From an uncultured Poribacteria bacterium (GTDB lineage Bacteria > Poribacteria > WGA-4E > WGA-3G): a DNA stretch of 64,000 bases. The translations under genes were made by a program, and so were the position numbers. Location: contig OX638351.1 in assembly GCA_951813565.1 (NCBI GenBank), forward strand, positions 1,728,001 through 1,792,000, written 5' to 3'. Each line of letters begins with the position of its first letter. Positions within the stretch are counted from its first letter, which is position 1. Shown here piece after piece: positions 19,619 through 29,104 of the stretch. Below the pieces are notes generated by a model that searched no databases, was not told the origin of the DNA, and worked only from the letters and a program-made list of their open reading frames with translations.

Positions 19619-20506
19619 ATGAACATCAGTTTTAGTATCGGTGTTGGCGGTGATGCGTGGAGTCTTGCTGAATGTGCAGCGTGGGCAAAAGCCAACGATT
19701 TTGACGCAATCCGTCCCTACACTACCGGGCTTTTTGAACCGAACCAGATTATACAATCAGGCGGCGAAGAAGTCAAGGAGATTTTGGCTGATACAGACAT
19801 CTATCTCGCGGCTTTAACGGCACATGCTAACCTCTTAGACGATGATACAGAAAAACGAGAAAATGCTCGTGATATGTTGATGCACGCAATTGAAGCAGCA
19901 CACATCCTTGAAATTCCAGTGGTAGTGACTTACGCGGGAAGCCCTGTCAGTTGGCATTTTTATGGACAATTTTCTTCCGAACCGGGTAATCCGGGTGATC
20001 GTTCCGCTGAACTCGTCGAACGATTCAAGGAGATGTGGTCACCTGTGGTTGGGTTCGCGGAAGAGAAAGGCGTAAGGCTCGCGTTGGATTGTGCTGTTCG
20101 TATGGGTAATATCGCTTGTAATCCAGAAATGTGGGAACGTATCCTTGATGCTGTGCCTTCTAACGCTCTTGGGTTATCTTGCGACCCATCGCACTGGCTA
20201 TGGATGGGAATTTTGCCTGCTGAAGACGCTATCCGTATGTTTAGCGGGAAGTGGTATTATGCGGATGTTAAGGATTGCGAAATTAGTCCACGTATGCTTT
20301 TTAGGCAAGGTATTATCGGTAACTGGTGGTGGCAGTATCGGGTGCCGGGACGCGGACAATTAAACTGGGGAACGATTATAGGCGCGTTGCTGGAATCTGG
20401 GTACGATTATGTTCTCTGTGTCGAAAACGAAGACCGTGGGGCACCGGGGTTAGAAGGTTTTGCGATAGGTTGTAGGCATCTCCGCCAATTCTTGTCAAAT
20501 TCTTGA
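19619..20506 (+). CDS. Sugar phosphate isomerase/epimerase (xylose isomerase-like TIM barrel)
   Basis: DPSH, DVKD, RVPGRGQLNW, CVENED. Confidence 0.85.
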   Translation: MNISFSIGVGGDAWSLAECAAWAKANDFDAIRPYTTGLFEPNQIIQSGGEEVKEILADTDIYLAALTAHANLLDDDTEKRENARDMLMHAIEAAHILEIPVVVTYAGSPVSWHFYGQFSSEPGNPGDRSAELVERFKEMWSPVVGFAEEKGVRLALDCAVRMGNIACNPEMWERILDAVPSNALGLSCDPSHWLWMGILPAEDAIRMFSGKWYYADVKDCEISPRMLFRQGIIGNWWWQYRVPGRGQLNWGTIIGALLESGYDYVLCVENEDRGAPGLEGFAIGCRHLRQFLSNS

Positions 20507-20543
20507 GTGCCGTAATATGAACATGAGATTGAATGTTGGGACT

Positions 20544-21144
20544 TATAGTAAAATCTATAATTACTTGGACACTTTGAATCAACGCCAAATGCTCTTATGG
20601 CATTTGGCGGGTGCGGTTAGGAAACCGCACCATAGGTGTCAATTTAAGAAAAGTATTGTAATGTGAGTTTGATAAATCAGATTTTTGGACTCGGTGCGGT
20701 TAGGAAACCGCACCTACCGGGCTTATGAGAATAAGATTTTATGGAAAATGAAGTTCATATATCTATTATCAACTCACGTTATTGTAGGTTGGGTGGAGCG
20801 ATAGCGTAACCCGCTGAATGCCAAAAGGGCATTCACAGCGTTGATTTGAACATGGTAAGTAGGCACGCTCCGCGGGTTTTCGTCCACAAGCAATAGAATC
20901 ACGGCACACGGCATGTGCCTACTACTATGCATTACACTTCTAAACCGCACCTACCAGGGATGTGCACATATTTTTAGATTTTACTATAATAACCCAAGTT
21001 GCTACCTATATCGCGAATGCTCTTGTAGGAGGGGTTTCTAACCCCGATTTAGAAAAGAAAGCATAAGAATTAGCTGGAAATCCTTGTTTTTCAGTAAAAA
21101 GCAATGTCTGCAAGCTTGAAATCTTGTCCGTAGCAACTTAGGTT
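20544..21144. mobile_element. Stack of MITEs and REPs
   Basis: TATAGT element 20544-20988 containing an AATGTGAG...CTCACGTT element at 20660-20780 (ATTGT duplication); AACCCAAGTTGCTAC element at 20991-21144 (ATAAT duplication). Confidence 0.82.
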
Positions 21145-21174
21145 ATAATATTAGGTTTGCAAACTCTCCTACAA

Positions 21175-21218
21175 AAATATTAAAGGGCAGTGCTATAAAG
21201 CACTGCCCTTTAATATTT
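21175..21218. terminator. Intrinsic terminator-like hairpin
   Basis: Perfect stem AAATATTAAAGGGCAGTGC/GCACTGCCCTTTAATATTT downstream of the 21273 gene. Confidence 0.7.
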
Positions 21219-21272
21219 AATAATGATAGATTAGATAGCAACCACTATTATGGTTACTAAACGGATATGGTG

Positions 21273-22472
21273 TTACTTAGCACTTTTTAAGCTGCCCCAA
21301 GTAGTGACGAGTTTACCTTTAGCTTCAACAGGAGTGCCCAAATCAGCAGGCGTTTTATAGGCAGTTTCTACTTCACCTCGAATACCGAAGTGCATGCCCC
21401 AGCCGCCGCCAGCGTCACTGACTTTGACCAGCAACAAGTTGTCACCTTGTATCAGATTAACTGTAAACTCCTCTTGCCATCTGGATCTTCCACGGTTAAC
21501 CGCGTTAGTGAGAACAACTTCACCATTAAGCCAGACTTTGATAGAATCATCGCTTCCAGCAAGCAATGTGACTTCCTTAGTTTCGTCAGCAACAAGTGTA
21601 AGGAGTCCATAAGCTGCTATGTGGTCCAAAGCACCTTCTTCTATTCCTGCTTCATTAACAAGCGTATTGAGGTCACCGTTTTCAGGCAGATCAGCGAGGG
21701 TCCAATCGTAATCGCCGACACTGTCCCCTTCAGATGCTCCAATTGTAGCTATCATCTCTTCGGTAACTACATCCTTGCTTGCAGCTGCCAGTAAATCAAC
21801 GTCGGTGGCAGCTGCTCCACCCTGTCCTTCTTCAGCTTTAGCGATCATCCAAAGCCAATTTGTGTAAATATCTACTACAGGAACATACGGGGTTTCAAGG
21901 ATACCTACGTGCATGCCCCATCCACCACCAGCTTCACTGATTTTGACCATCAAAAAGTTGTCGCCTTGTTTCAGACTAATTCCGAACTCATCTTGCCACA
22001 TGCCACGTCCACGGTTAACAGCATTGGTAAAAACGACTTCACCATTCAGCCAGACTTTGATGGAATCATCACTACCGGTTTTCATTGTCGCCTCTTGTGC
22101 CTTATCCGATACGTACGTATAAAGTGCGTATGAAGTAACGTGATCCAATGCACCTTCTGCCATTCCCGTTTCATTGACAACAGCATTGATGTCCCCGTTT
22201 TCGGGCAATTCAGCGAGTGTCCACTTATAATCCCCAACAGTGTCACCCTCTTTTGCGCCACTTTTAGCCACCATTTCTTCAGTAATTTTATTATCGCTTG
22301 CAACTGCAAGTGAATCGATATCGGTAGAAGCTGCTCCACCCTGTCCCGCTTCGGTTGGTGCGATAATCCAAAGCCATGGACCGAGAATTTGATCTTGCGC
22401 ATCAGCAGTGCGTGGCATAACTGAAAGAATCATCAGAAACGCTAAACCTAATACAAATAATTTCCTGTACAT
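21273..22472 (-). CDS. Secreted protein with two tandem copies of a beta-sandwich domain and a C-terminal KLxTTWGxLK motif
   Basis: Signal peptide; duplicated GQGGAA.TD.D.L...SDDSIKVWLNGEVV...GGGWGMH domain. Confidence 0.85.
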   Translation of the reverse strand: MYRKLFVLGLAFLMILSVMPRTADAQDQILGPWLWIIAPTEAGQGGAASTDIDSLAVASDNKITEEMVAKSGAKEGDTVGDYKWTLAELPENGDINAVVNETGMAEGALDHVTSYALYTYVSDKAQEATMKTGSDDSIKVWLNGEVVFTNAVNRGRGMWQDEFGISLKQGDNFLMVKISEAGGGWGMHVGILETPYVPVVDIYTNWLWMIAKAEEGQGGAAATDVDLLAAASKDVVTEEMIATIGASEGDSVGDYDWTLADLPENGDLNTLVNEAGIEEGALDHIAAYGLLTLVADETKEVTLLAGSDDSIKVWLNGEVVLTNAVNRGRSRWQEEFTVNLIQGDNLLLVKVSDAGGGWGMHFGIRGEVETAYKTPADLGTPVEAKGKLVTTWGSLKSAK

Positions 22473-22742
22473 GAAAAACCTCCATTTAATTTTGTTAACA
22501 AAATAAAGCAGTAACATTTAACGTCATTTATCCTTAGAACGTCAATTTCTGATTTATTTTAAAGGATAAACGTTTATTTCACAATTAGTTTAACAAAAAC
22601 TCGTAATTAAGTCAAACTTAAAAACCCATAAATAATTATACTACAATCAAATTAAAGGGTTTATACTATAACATTTCCTATAAAAATTCTCTTTGAATGA
22701 AGAGAAAACCGAAACACTATTTTGTGAGATATCAGGTCAGAA

Positions 22743-23426
22743 TTACCGGATATTCTTAATTTGTGCCCATTGCGTTGTTAATTTGCCAGCGGGTTCAACA
22801 GGTAGAATAGCGTTAATCTCAGCAAGTTCATAGTCGCCACCTACGCCGAAGTGCATACCCCATCCACCAGTACGTTCGCTGACCTTTATCATGATCAAAT
22901 TGTTTCCCTTTTTTAGATCAACCTTTAAATGATCTTGGAAGGTGTTGTCATTGCCGCGTCCACGGTTTGTTGCGTTGGTATGAACGACTTCGCCGTTAAC
23001 CCAGACCTTAACTGAGTCATCACTGCTGACACCCATCGCTACGTTTGCTTGTGCTCTTTTCGTTCTAAGGACTATTAACGCATAAGATGTTATGTCATCT
23101 AACGCGCCCGCTTCCAAACCTACGTTATTAACAAGAACATTAATGTCTCCGTTATTAGCAAGTGTGCCAGGTGTCCACTCATAATCTCCAACCTCATTTC
23201 CTTCTCTCGCACCGTTTTTGGCGACTTCCTCTTCGGTGACTTCGCCATTGCTGACTTCATCAAGTGAATCAATATTGGTGGAACCAGCACCGCCTTGTCC
23301 ACCGGCAGTTTTAGCAATCATCCAGAGATACGGACCAAGTATTTTTTGCTGAGCCTCAGCAGTCAGCGTCATCACCGAAAGACTCATCAGACAAACTAAT
23401 CCTATTATACACAATTTCCTGAACAT
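22743..23426 (-). CDS. Secreted single-domain paralog of the 21273 protein
   Basis: Signal peptide; SDDSVKVWVNGEVV; C-terminal PVEPAGKLTTQWAQIK. Confidence 0.85.
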   Translation of the reverse strand: MFRKLCIIGLVCLMSLSVMTLTAEAQQKILGPYLWMIAKTAGGQGGAGSTNIDSLDEVSNGEVTEEEVAKNGAREGNEVGDYEWTPGTLANNGDINVLVNNVGLEAGALDDITSYALIVLRTKRAQANVAMGVSSDDSVKVWVNGEVVHTNATNRGRGNDNTFQDHLKVDLKKGNNLIMIKVSERTGGWGMHFGVGGDYELAEINAILPVEPAGKLTTQWAQIKNIR

Positions 23427-23551
23427 TGTATATAACCTCCTACATAATTTTGTAGTAATTCTTAGTATTTGATAATAATATGTAAATAATAATACATTTT
23501 AGGCTATTTTAGCAGAATGATAAAAAAAGTCAACATTTTTCTAAAAAAATT

Positions 23552-24959
23552 CGCAATAAGTAGTTTTGGACTTGCAACAAAATTTTAAAAATCGCTCTAA
23601 ATCCTTGTGTAGACTACATTTTTCGCTTGTTTTAATTGTGAAAATATGATACAATTTAGATAAGAAATTAGAGGGCTGTTAACCCCCTAATTGAACACAA
23701 AAAAGCGAGTTGCTTTTCTGGCATTCTGTCTTATCTAGTTATTGTATCAGAAACCTGTCAGAAAAAGCAACTCCTAAAAAGGAGTTTTCTGATGGATTTG
23801 TTGAAAGTGATGGAACGATTCCCTGATCAAGAGAGTTGTATTGAACATTTAGAGAGTATTCGGTGGAAGGGTAAACCGAAGTGTCCACATTGTGATTGCC
23901 CAAACGCTGCAAGACGAACAGAAACGGAATTGGGACGCATCGGACGCTTGCAATGCCACGATTGCACTGCTACTTTCAAGGTTACTTGTGGCACGGTGTT
24001 TCACGGGACAAAGATAGCACTTCAGAAGTGGTTTTTGGCTATCTCGTTGATGATGAATGCTAAAAAGAGCCTTTCAAGTCATCAGTTGGCAAGAGATTTG
24101 GACTTGGATCAAAAGACTGCGTGGCGTATGGGAACATGTATCCGTGCTGAAATGGCTAAAGATAATATCCTCTTACAAGGTATCATAGAGGCTGACGAAA
24201 CTTATGTCGGGGGTAAACCTCGCAAAGCGAACAAAAAAGAGGACAGGGATCCTGCTAAGCGTGGGCGTGGCACTGATAAAGATGCTATCATCGGAGCGAT
24301 TGAACGCGGTGGGAAAGTTGTGGCAAGACTCGCAAAAGATTTGACGGGACGGACTATCTTAAATTTTATTCGCGAAGTTGTTAAAGTAGATAAATCGCAG
24401 TTGATGACTGATGAGTATAAAGCTTATCTCACACTCGGTAAAGAGATGAAGCACCATATCATTGATCATCAAGAACAATTTGTTGACGGTGATGTCCATA
24501 CCAATACGATTGAAGGCTTCTGGTCACTTCTCAAACGTGCTTGGTATGGAAGTCATCACCACTATTGGACTGAATACACGCCCCTATATGTCGCAGAGGC
24601 GTGCTATAAATACAACTATAGGAGCATTGAGAGCATTTTTGATAAGTTTGTCAATGAGAGTATGAGATGAAGACTCACTCAACGATGGCAGAAGAACTTA
24701 AAGAATAAGGTCTTGACAAGCTGGACCACACTAATATCACAACGGCAAAACGATTAGAAGAATTGTCTGCCGTTGCAAAGTATCTATCAAGCGCGCTCAA
24801 CTTTTATACCGATGTGAGTTGGAGGGGCAGAAGTTCTCGCAGATTAGAGTTAGAAATTAGTCTTCGCCGTTTAGTGCTTTTCCGAATTCTCATACCCTAT
24901 TAAGTATAAATTTCCATAACGCTTAAGGGCTTTTTGCAAGTCCAAAACTACTTATTGCG
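23552..24959 (+). mobile_element. IS1595-family insertion sequence, copy 1 (1408 bp)
   Basis: TIR CGCAATAAGTAGTTTTGGACTT; no matching target duplication. Confidence 0.92.
23792..24670 (+). CDS. IS1595-family transposase
   Basis: Zn ribbon CPHC..CHDC, EADETYVGG, MTDE, HTNTIEGFWS. Confidence 0.93.
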   Translation: MDLLKVMERFPDQESCIEHLESIRWKGKPKCPHCDCPNAARRTETELGRIGRLQCHDCTATFKVTCGTVFHGTKIALQKWFLAISLMMNAKKSLSSHQLARDLDLDQKTAWRMGTCIRAEMAKDNILLQGIIEADETYVGGKPRKANKKEDRDPAKRGRGTDKDAIIGAIERGGKVVARLAKDLTGRTILNFIREVVKVDKSQLMTDEYKAYLTLGKEMKHHIIDHQEQFVDGDVHTNTIEGFWSLLKRAWYGSHHHYWTEYTPLYVAEACYKYNYRSIESIFDKFVNESMR

Positions 24960-24994
24960 TTTTTATTTAACGTAGTAGGATTTTCTCCAGTTCG

Positions 24995-25225
24995 CTAAAG
25001 TTTGGCATTTTGTTGGTTCCCTTCCATTTTTTTGACCCGTCCTGCCTTAATATCAGCACGCAATTTTGGGGCAAGTTGAGCGAGTTGATCTTGTGATTCA
25101 GCAAAAGCCTTATCCCATCGCCGTTCATCTTCAAGTTCTTCAAGAATTATAGTAGCGATGGCATCCTGTTTTTCGGGAGGTAGTTTATATACCTCAATGA
25201 GTACTTTTTCAAGTAGCTGCGTCAA
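24995..25225 (-). CDS. Small antitoxin-like protein with no partner
   Basis: MTQLLEK..KLP..QDAIA..ILEELEDE.RWD..F..S pattern; SD AAGGAGG and TTG start. Confidence 0.6.
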   Translation of the reverse strand: MTQLLEKVLIEVYKLPPEKQDAIATIILEELEDERRWDKAFAESQDQLAQLAPKLRADIKAGRVKKMEGNQQNAKL

Positions 25226-25254
25226 AATATTTTCCTCCTTTATGAATTTTGCAC

Positions 25255-25995
25255 TTATATCACGCGTAGGTCAACATCTATATCAACATCACGCGTAAGC
25301 GTATTGGTCACGGGTGAGGCGGCGAGGGTTTCCTCCCAGAGCTTTTCTAATACTTCGTCATCTGCATCCGATGCGACATAAATTGTGCCGCGAACCTCTT
25401 TGAACCCGCTATGTCCCTCCTGCTCCGTGCCGAGAAAGACAAAGATATTGTCAATCTGACTGCTTAAGGAAATTTCTAACTCATCAATTTCAATCTTCTG
25501 CTGTGATGCGCGAATCTGGAATCCCATCGCCAAACATGCACCAAGCGCACCGAGAACATATTCTACTGCACTCGGTGCAGCATCCTGCACATCAAAACTT
25601 GCGGGTTGTCCCACTGACCATGAATGATTTCTGCAGAAAACTTTTGCCTGGAGACCACCATCCCAATGGATACGTGTCTGCCATCTATAGTCTCGTGCTT
25701 GTTCAAAAGCAGCATCCGCATTCTGTTCTGCTTCGCCGCGCCTCACGAAGTATTTGTTATGCTCTGTTGCGGGGCGCCATCCAAGATAAGGGTTTTCGGT
25801 CATCCGACACCACGCGGGCAAGTCTTCTTTGACGCTAATCTCTGTGCTGCGGATCTCCAACACTTCCCCATCTGGCACTTTTTCCATAGATTTGCGAATG
25901 AGTAATAGCAACCCAGAACCGCAGTCAAGGTTTCCGCCCTCACATATATGAGGGGTTTGAAGTGAGTCAGGAGCTTGTAAATTTTCTTCTCGCAT
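25255..25995 (-). CDS. TusA-like sulfur carrier fused to an OsmC domain
   Basis: GGNLDCGSG...DLPAWC TusA fold; PSAVEYVLGALGACL...SPVTNTL OsmC fold. Confidence 0.82.
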   Translation of the reverse strand: MREENLQAPDSLQTPHICEGGNLDCGSGLLLLIRKSMEKVPDGEVLEIRSTEISVKEDLPAWCRMTENPYLGWRPATEHNKYFVRRGEAEQNADAAFEQARDYRWQTRIHWDGGLQAKVFCRNHSWSVGQPASFDVQDAAPSAVEYVLGALGACLAMGFQIRASQQKIEIDELEISLSSQIDNIFVFLGTEQEGHSGFKEVRGTIYVASDADDEVLEKLWEETLAASPVTNTLTRDVDIDVDLRVI

Positions 25996-26122
25996 TGTTA
26001 TTTTATACCATAAAGATATTCTGAAATCTGGGTTAAGAATCTTTTGTGAAGAAAGTTTTTGTGTGTATTTAGTAGGACTTAGCAATGTGTTTTAGGTAGG
26101 TTATAGGAAATTATATTTTGAT

Positions 26123-27213
26123 CAGGACTTACGCAATAATCAAAAATTGTGTTATACTATTGGATTATGATTTCATTTACACTTCCTGAAAAGAAGCAAA
26201 ACTTACATTCCAACTATTGTCAATTTCTGATAGCAAGTTTCACTAATTTCACACAAACCTATTTCGCAGACCATACTGAGAAGTGGAGCCACGATCAACT
26301 CAATCGATACCTGAGGAACGAAAACATTCCTTCAAGCGAACTCTGGAAATCTGTAAAACCGGACATTGAGTTTGATGAAGATGGATACATTGCCTTTGAT
26401 GATGTCGTTCTCTCTAAGAAGTTTTCAAAACAGATAGAAGCTGTTTACCATCAATGGAGTGGTAGCGACAAAAAAGTTATTCGTGGCATCGGTATTGTCA
26501 CGTGTCTCTATGTCAACCCAAAAACTGGCGAGTATTGGGTCATTGATTATCGCATTTTTGACAAATCGCATGATGGTAAGACCAAAATAGACCATTTACT
26601 GGATATGTTGCATAATGCTGTCTTGAAAAAACAACTCCCGTTTCGGACCGTGTTGATGGATGCTTGGTATGTTTGTATGCAAGTGATGAAAGCGATTGAG
26701 AAACTTTCCAAGGTTTACTATGCGCCTCTGAAACGAAACCGACTTGTGAATGATACGGATGGTGTTGAACCACACCAGCATGTAGAAGATTTATCTTGGA
26801 CACAGACAGAAAAGCAACAGGGGAAACGGGTTCACATCAAAAACTTTCCGAAAGGGCATCAAGTGAAGTTGTTCCGGATTGTATCTGAAAACGGACGCAC
26901 GGAATATATTGTGACAAACGATTTATCTCAATCGGATGCGACTGCGACCAAAAACGAGTGTCGGGTTCGCTGGAAGATTGAGCAACTTCACCGTGAAATC
27001 AAACAGGTTACAGGTATTGATAAATGTCAGTGTCGTAAGTTGCGTGCCCAACGAAACCATATTGCCTGTTGTTTTCAGGTCTGGGTCTGTCTAATGCGTG
27101 CTGCACGGAAAGCCTCTCAAACGATTTACCGACTCAAAGATAGTTTATTGGATGATTACATGCGACATCAACTCTCTAATCCTTCAATAATTTTCAAAAC
27201 TGCGTAAGTCCTG
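26123..27213 (+). mobile_element. IS701-family insertion sequence
   Basis: TIR CAGGACTTACGCA...TGCGTAAGTCCTG; 5-bp duplication TTGAT. Confidence 0.92.
26167..27207 (+). CDS. IS701-family DDE transposase
   Basis: SHDQLNRYL, FDD, LMDAWY, RWKIEQLHRE.KQ.TG. Confidence 0.9.
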   Translation: MISFTLPEKKQNLHSNYCQFLIASFTNFTQTYFADHTEKWSHDQLNRYLRNENIPSSELWKSVKPDIEFDEDGYIAFDDVVLSKKFSKQIEAVYHQWSGSDKKVIRGIGIVTCLYVNPKTGEYWVIDYRIFDKSHDGKTKIDHLLDMLHNAVLKKQLPFRTVLMDAWYVCMQVMKAIEKLSKVYYAPLKRNRLVNDTDGVEPHQHVEDLSWTQTEKQQGKRVHIKNFPKGHQVKLFRIVSENGRTEYIVTNDLSQSDATATKNECRVRWKIEQLHREIKQVTGIDKCQCRKLRAQRNHIACCFQVWVCLMRAARKASQTIYRLKDSLLDDYMRHQLSNPSIIFKTA

Positions 27214-27412
27214 TTGATATGTTATTTTTAGGGTATCTGAAATGAGAAACCCTCCCTGGTAGGTGTGCCATCAAAGTAATGAACATACTCATTAAACTTT
27301 CGTAAGTAAACCTATTCCACAACGGGAGGGAGTCTCTTTGGTCGAGTTTGGGATTCAACCGATCCCATGCGGATGTTTCTGCTGCAGTTAGCAGGAACTC
27401 CTTTTTCCGATG

Positions 27413-27772
27413 TCAATAGGTAATACTGGAGCCGCCAGTGATTAAAAACTCAACAGCTTTAGCACCGCCAACAATTAGGGCACTATCTACCAAGTTGTCT
27501 TCATCAAGATTGCGCTTTTTGAAGCACGGTGAGCAGACCCAAATTGTTCCGCCTACTTCAGCAAAATCTGCCATCAGTTGTTTCAGTGGCGCAAAACCCT
27601 CCTCCTGAATATGATCGGCATAACCGTTCTGTGAAAGATGCACGCCCTCTGTGCTGAGAAACACAACGGTTTCCACACCGGACGCGGCAGAAGCATTCGC
27701 AACAACAAAACCGACAGTTGCTTTGTCGGTATTATCTTTCCCGTGCGTAATGCTTATCATTAGTTTAGACAT
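27413..27772 (-). CDS. DsrE/DsrF-like family protein
   Basis: VFLSTEGV, WVCSPCFKKR. Confidence 0.85.
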   Translation of the reverse strand: MSKLMISITHGKDNTDKATVGFVVANASAASGVETVVFLSTEGVHLSQNGYADHIQEEGFAPLKQLMADFAEVGGTIWVCSPCFKKRNLDEDNLVDSALIVGGAKAVEFLITGGSSITY

Positions 27773-28035
27773 TAAGAATTATCTCCTTTTTTAATATAAA
27801 AATAGGCATTCTCTTCACCGCAACAATCTGCGAGAAGTTCATTGCCTTTCATGTTACACCATGCCGCGATGTCCACAGGCGCGCCTGGGTCCACAGCGCG
27901 GACTTGTGCAATCTGTCCCGATTCAAGCGTTCTCATGGATTTCAATAGTGCAATAATCAAGTCACCACATCCGAGTTCACCTAAATCAAAGGCAGCATCT
28001 GGAATAATATCAGGTAAAATGTTTGTTTCTTCCAT
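27772..28035 (-). CDS. TusA/SirA-family sulfur carrier
   Basis: DLGELGCGD, DPGAPVDIAAWC. Confidence 0.85.
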   Translation of the reverse strand: MEETNILPDIIPDAAFDLGELGCGDLIIALLKSMRTLESGQIAQVRAVDPGAPVDIAAWCNMKGNELLADCCGEENAYFYIKKGDNS

Positions 28036-28196
28036 AAAAATAAGAATACCACAGAATCAATCTCAAGTCAATCCAAATTTTTTGTAATTTACGCCAAGTG
28101 CATTTTTTAGAATCCTTATAAATGCAAGTAGGGTTAGATACATAACCTAACCCTACTAATGCCTGTAAATTGATATGAAAATGGTATGCTAAGTTT

Positions 28197-29066
28197 TTAG
28201 CGTTCAAGCCACCCTGGCAGTCTTACGTTTTCAGATAATTTCCACGCTGTGAGGTAAAGCGATGCTGTCCAACGGACTGCCTCACGCGAGCGATCTTTAG
28301 TAAAATCAAGCAAAACTGGTGATGGCTTCTTTAGGTCTCCATAATCATCTACAAGTTCATAAACACGATCTACCAAACTGTGTCCATCCTTAATCTGTTT
28401 TACAATCGCAGGCATTAAATCTCCAACGATTTTAGCTTGTAGCTCCTTAGCAAGTTCTGTTGGATCAAGTTTCAGCATCTCAACTGAAGCATCAACCTTT
28501 TCATGGATACCGTCGTGTAACTTTGTTCCGTCTTCCTGAACAATTCCGTTGAAATGTACCGTTAGGTGCAAGGGCTGACACATGTCCTGTGCATAGTGTC
28601 CGAGAAACCCTGCATATACATAACACTTGTATTGAATCATAGGGTTATCCGGCCATTTACGATACTCTGCGAAAGCGATAGCGAGTCGTTCCGTCCATTC
28701 CGTCACTGCATAAGGTAGAAATCCAACTTTACTTGGCTCAAGCTCCATCTCTGCGCACAATTTTATAAATGCATCACGATCCGCAGGCACAGGATTTTCT
28801 TTGATAAGTTCAAGATCAAAATAGTGTTCACCGTGTTCGGCAATCCGCGCGTGAGGCATATCACGATTTTTAGATACATCAGGGTCGTAGGCGCAATGTG
28901 CAATCATTTTTTCTGCTGATGCAGAACGGAAAAATTCTGGTAGTTCGTCTGGTAGTGCTTTTACTGATGCTTGTGTTAAGATGTCGTGTCCACCGCCCCA
29001 CCATGCCCACGCGGGAGTGGTAAGGATAAGTGAAAACAAGATCAATATATTAAGGATACGTTTCAT
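28197..29066 (-). CDS. Secreted S1/P1 nuclease or Zn-dependent phospholipase C superfamily protein
   Basis: Signal peptide then WWGGGH; HYFD; GHYAQDMCQPLH; IHEKVD. Confidence 0.75.
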   Translation of the reverse strand: MKRILNILILFSLILTTPAWAWWGGGHDILTQASVKALPDELPEFFRSASAEKMIAHCAYDPDVSKNRDMPHARIAEHGEHYFDLELIKENPVPADRDAFIKLCAEMELEPSKVGFLPYAVTEWTERLAIAFAEYRKWPDNPMIQYKCYVYAGFLGHYAQDMCQPLHLTVHFNGIVQEDGTKLHDGIHEKVDASVEMLKLDPTELAKELQAKIVGDLMPAIVKQIKDGHSLVDRVYELVDDYGDLKKPSPVLLDFTKDRSREAVRWTASLYLTAWKLSENVRLPGWLER

Positions 29067-29104
29067 AATTCTCCTTTCAGAATTGTTTAAGGTAAAGAAA
29101 GATT

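Noticed and set aside
19364..19695. Short ORFs in repeat clusters (also 8508, 8662, 10944, 13285, 33246, 42765, 42847, 45627, 48091, 62342)
   Set aside because: They lie on MITE, REP or micro-element sequence; their shared peptides (GIPRMAF, STQHA) simply translate the repeats.
27350..27366. GGTTGAATCCC as a tRNA T-arm, or the nearby GGAGTTCC as a fluoride riboswitch
   Set aside because: No cloverleaf can be formed, and the conserved GAUG...CUGAUG riboswitch core is missing.
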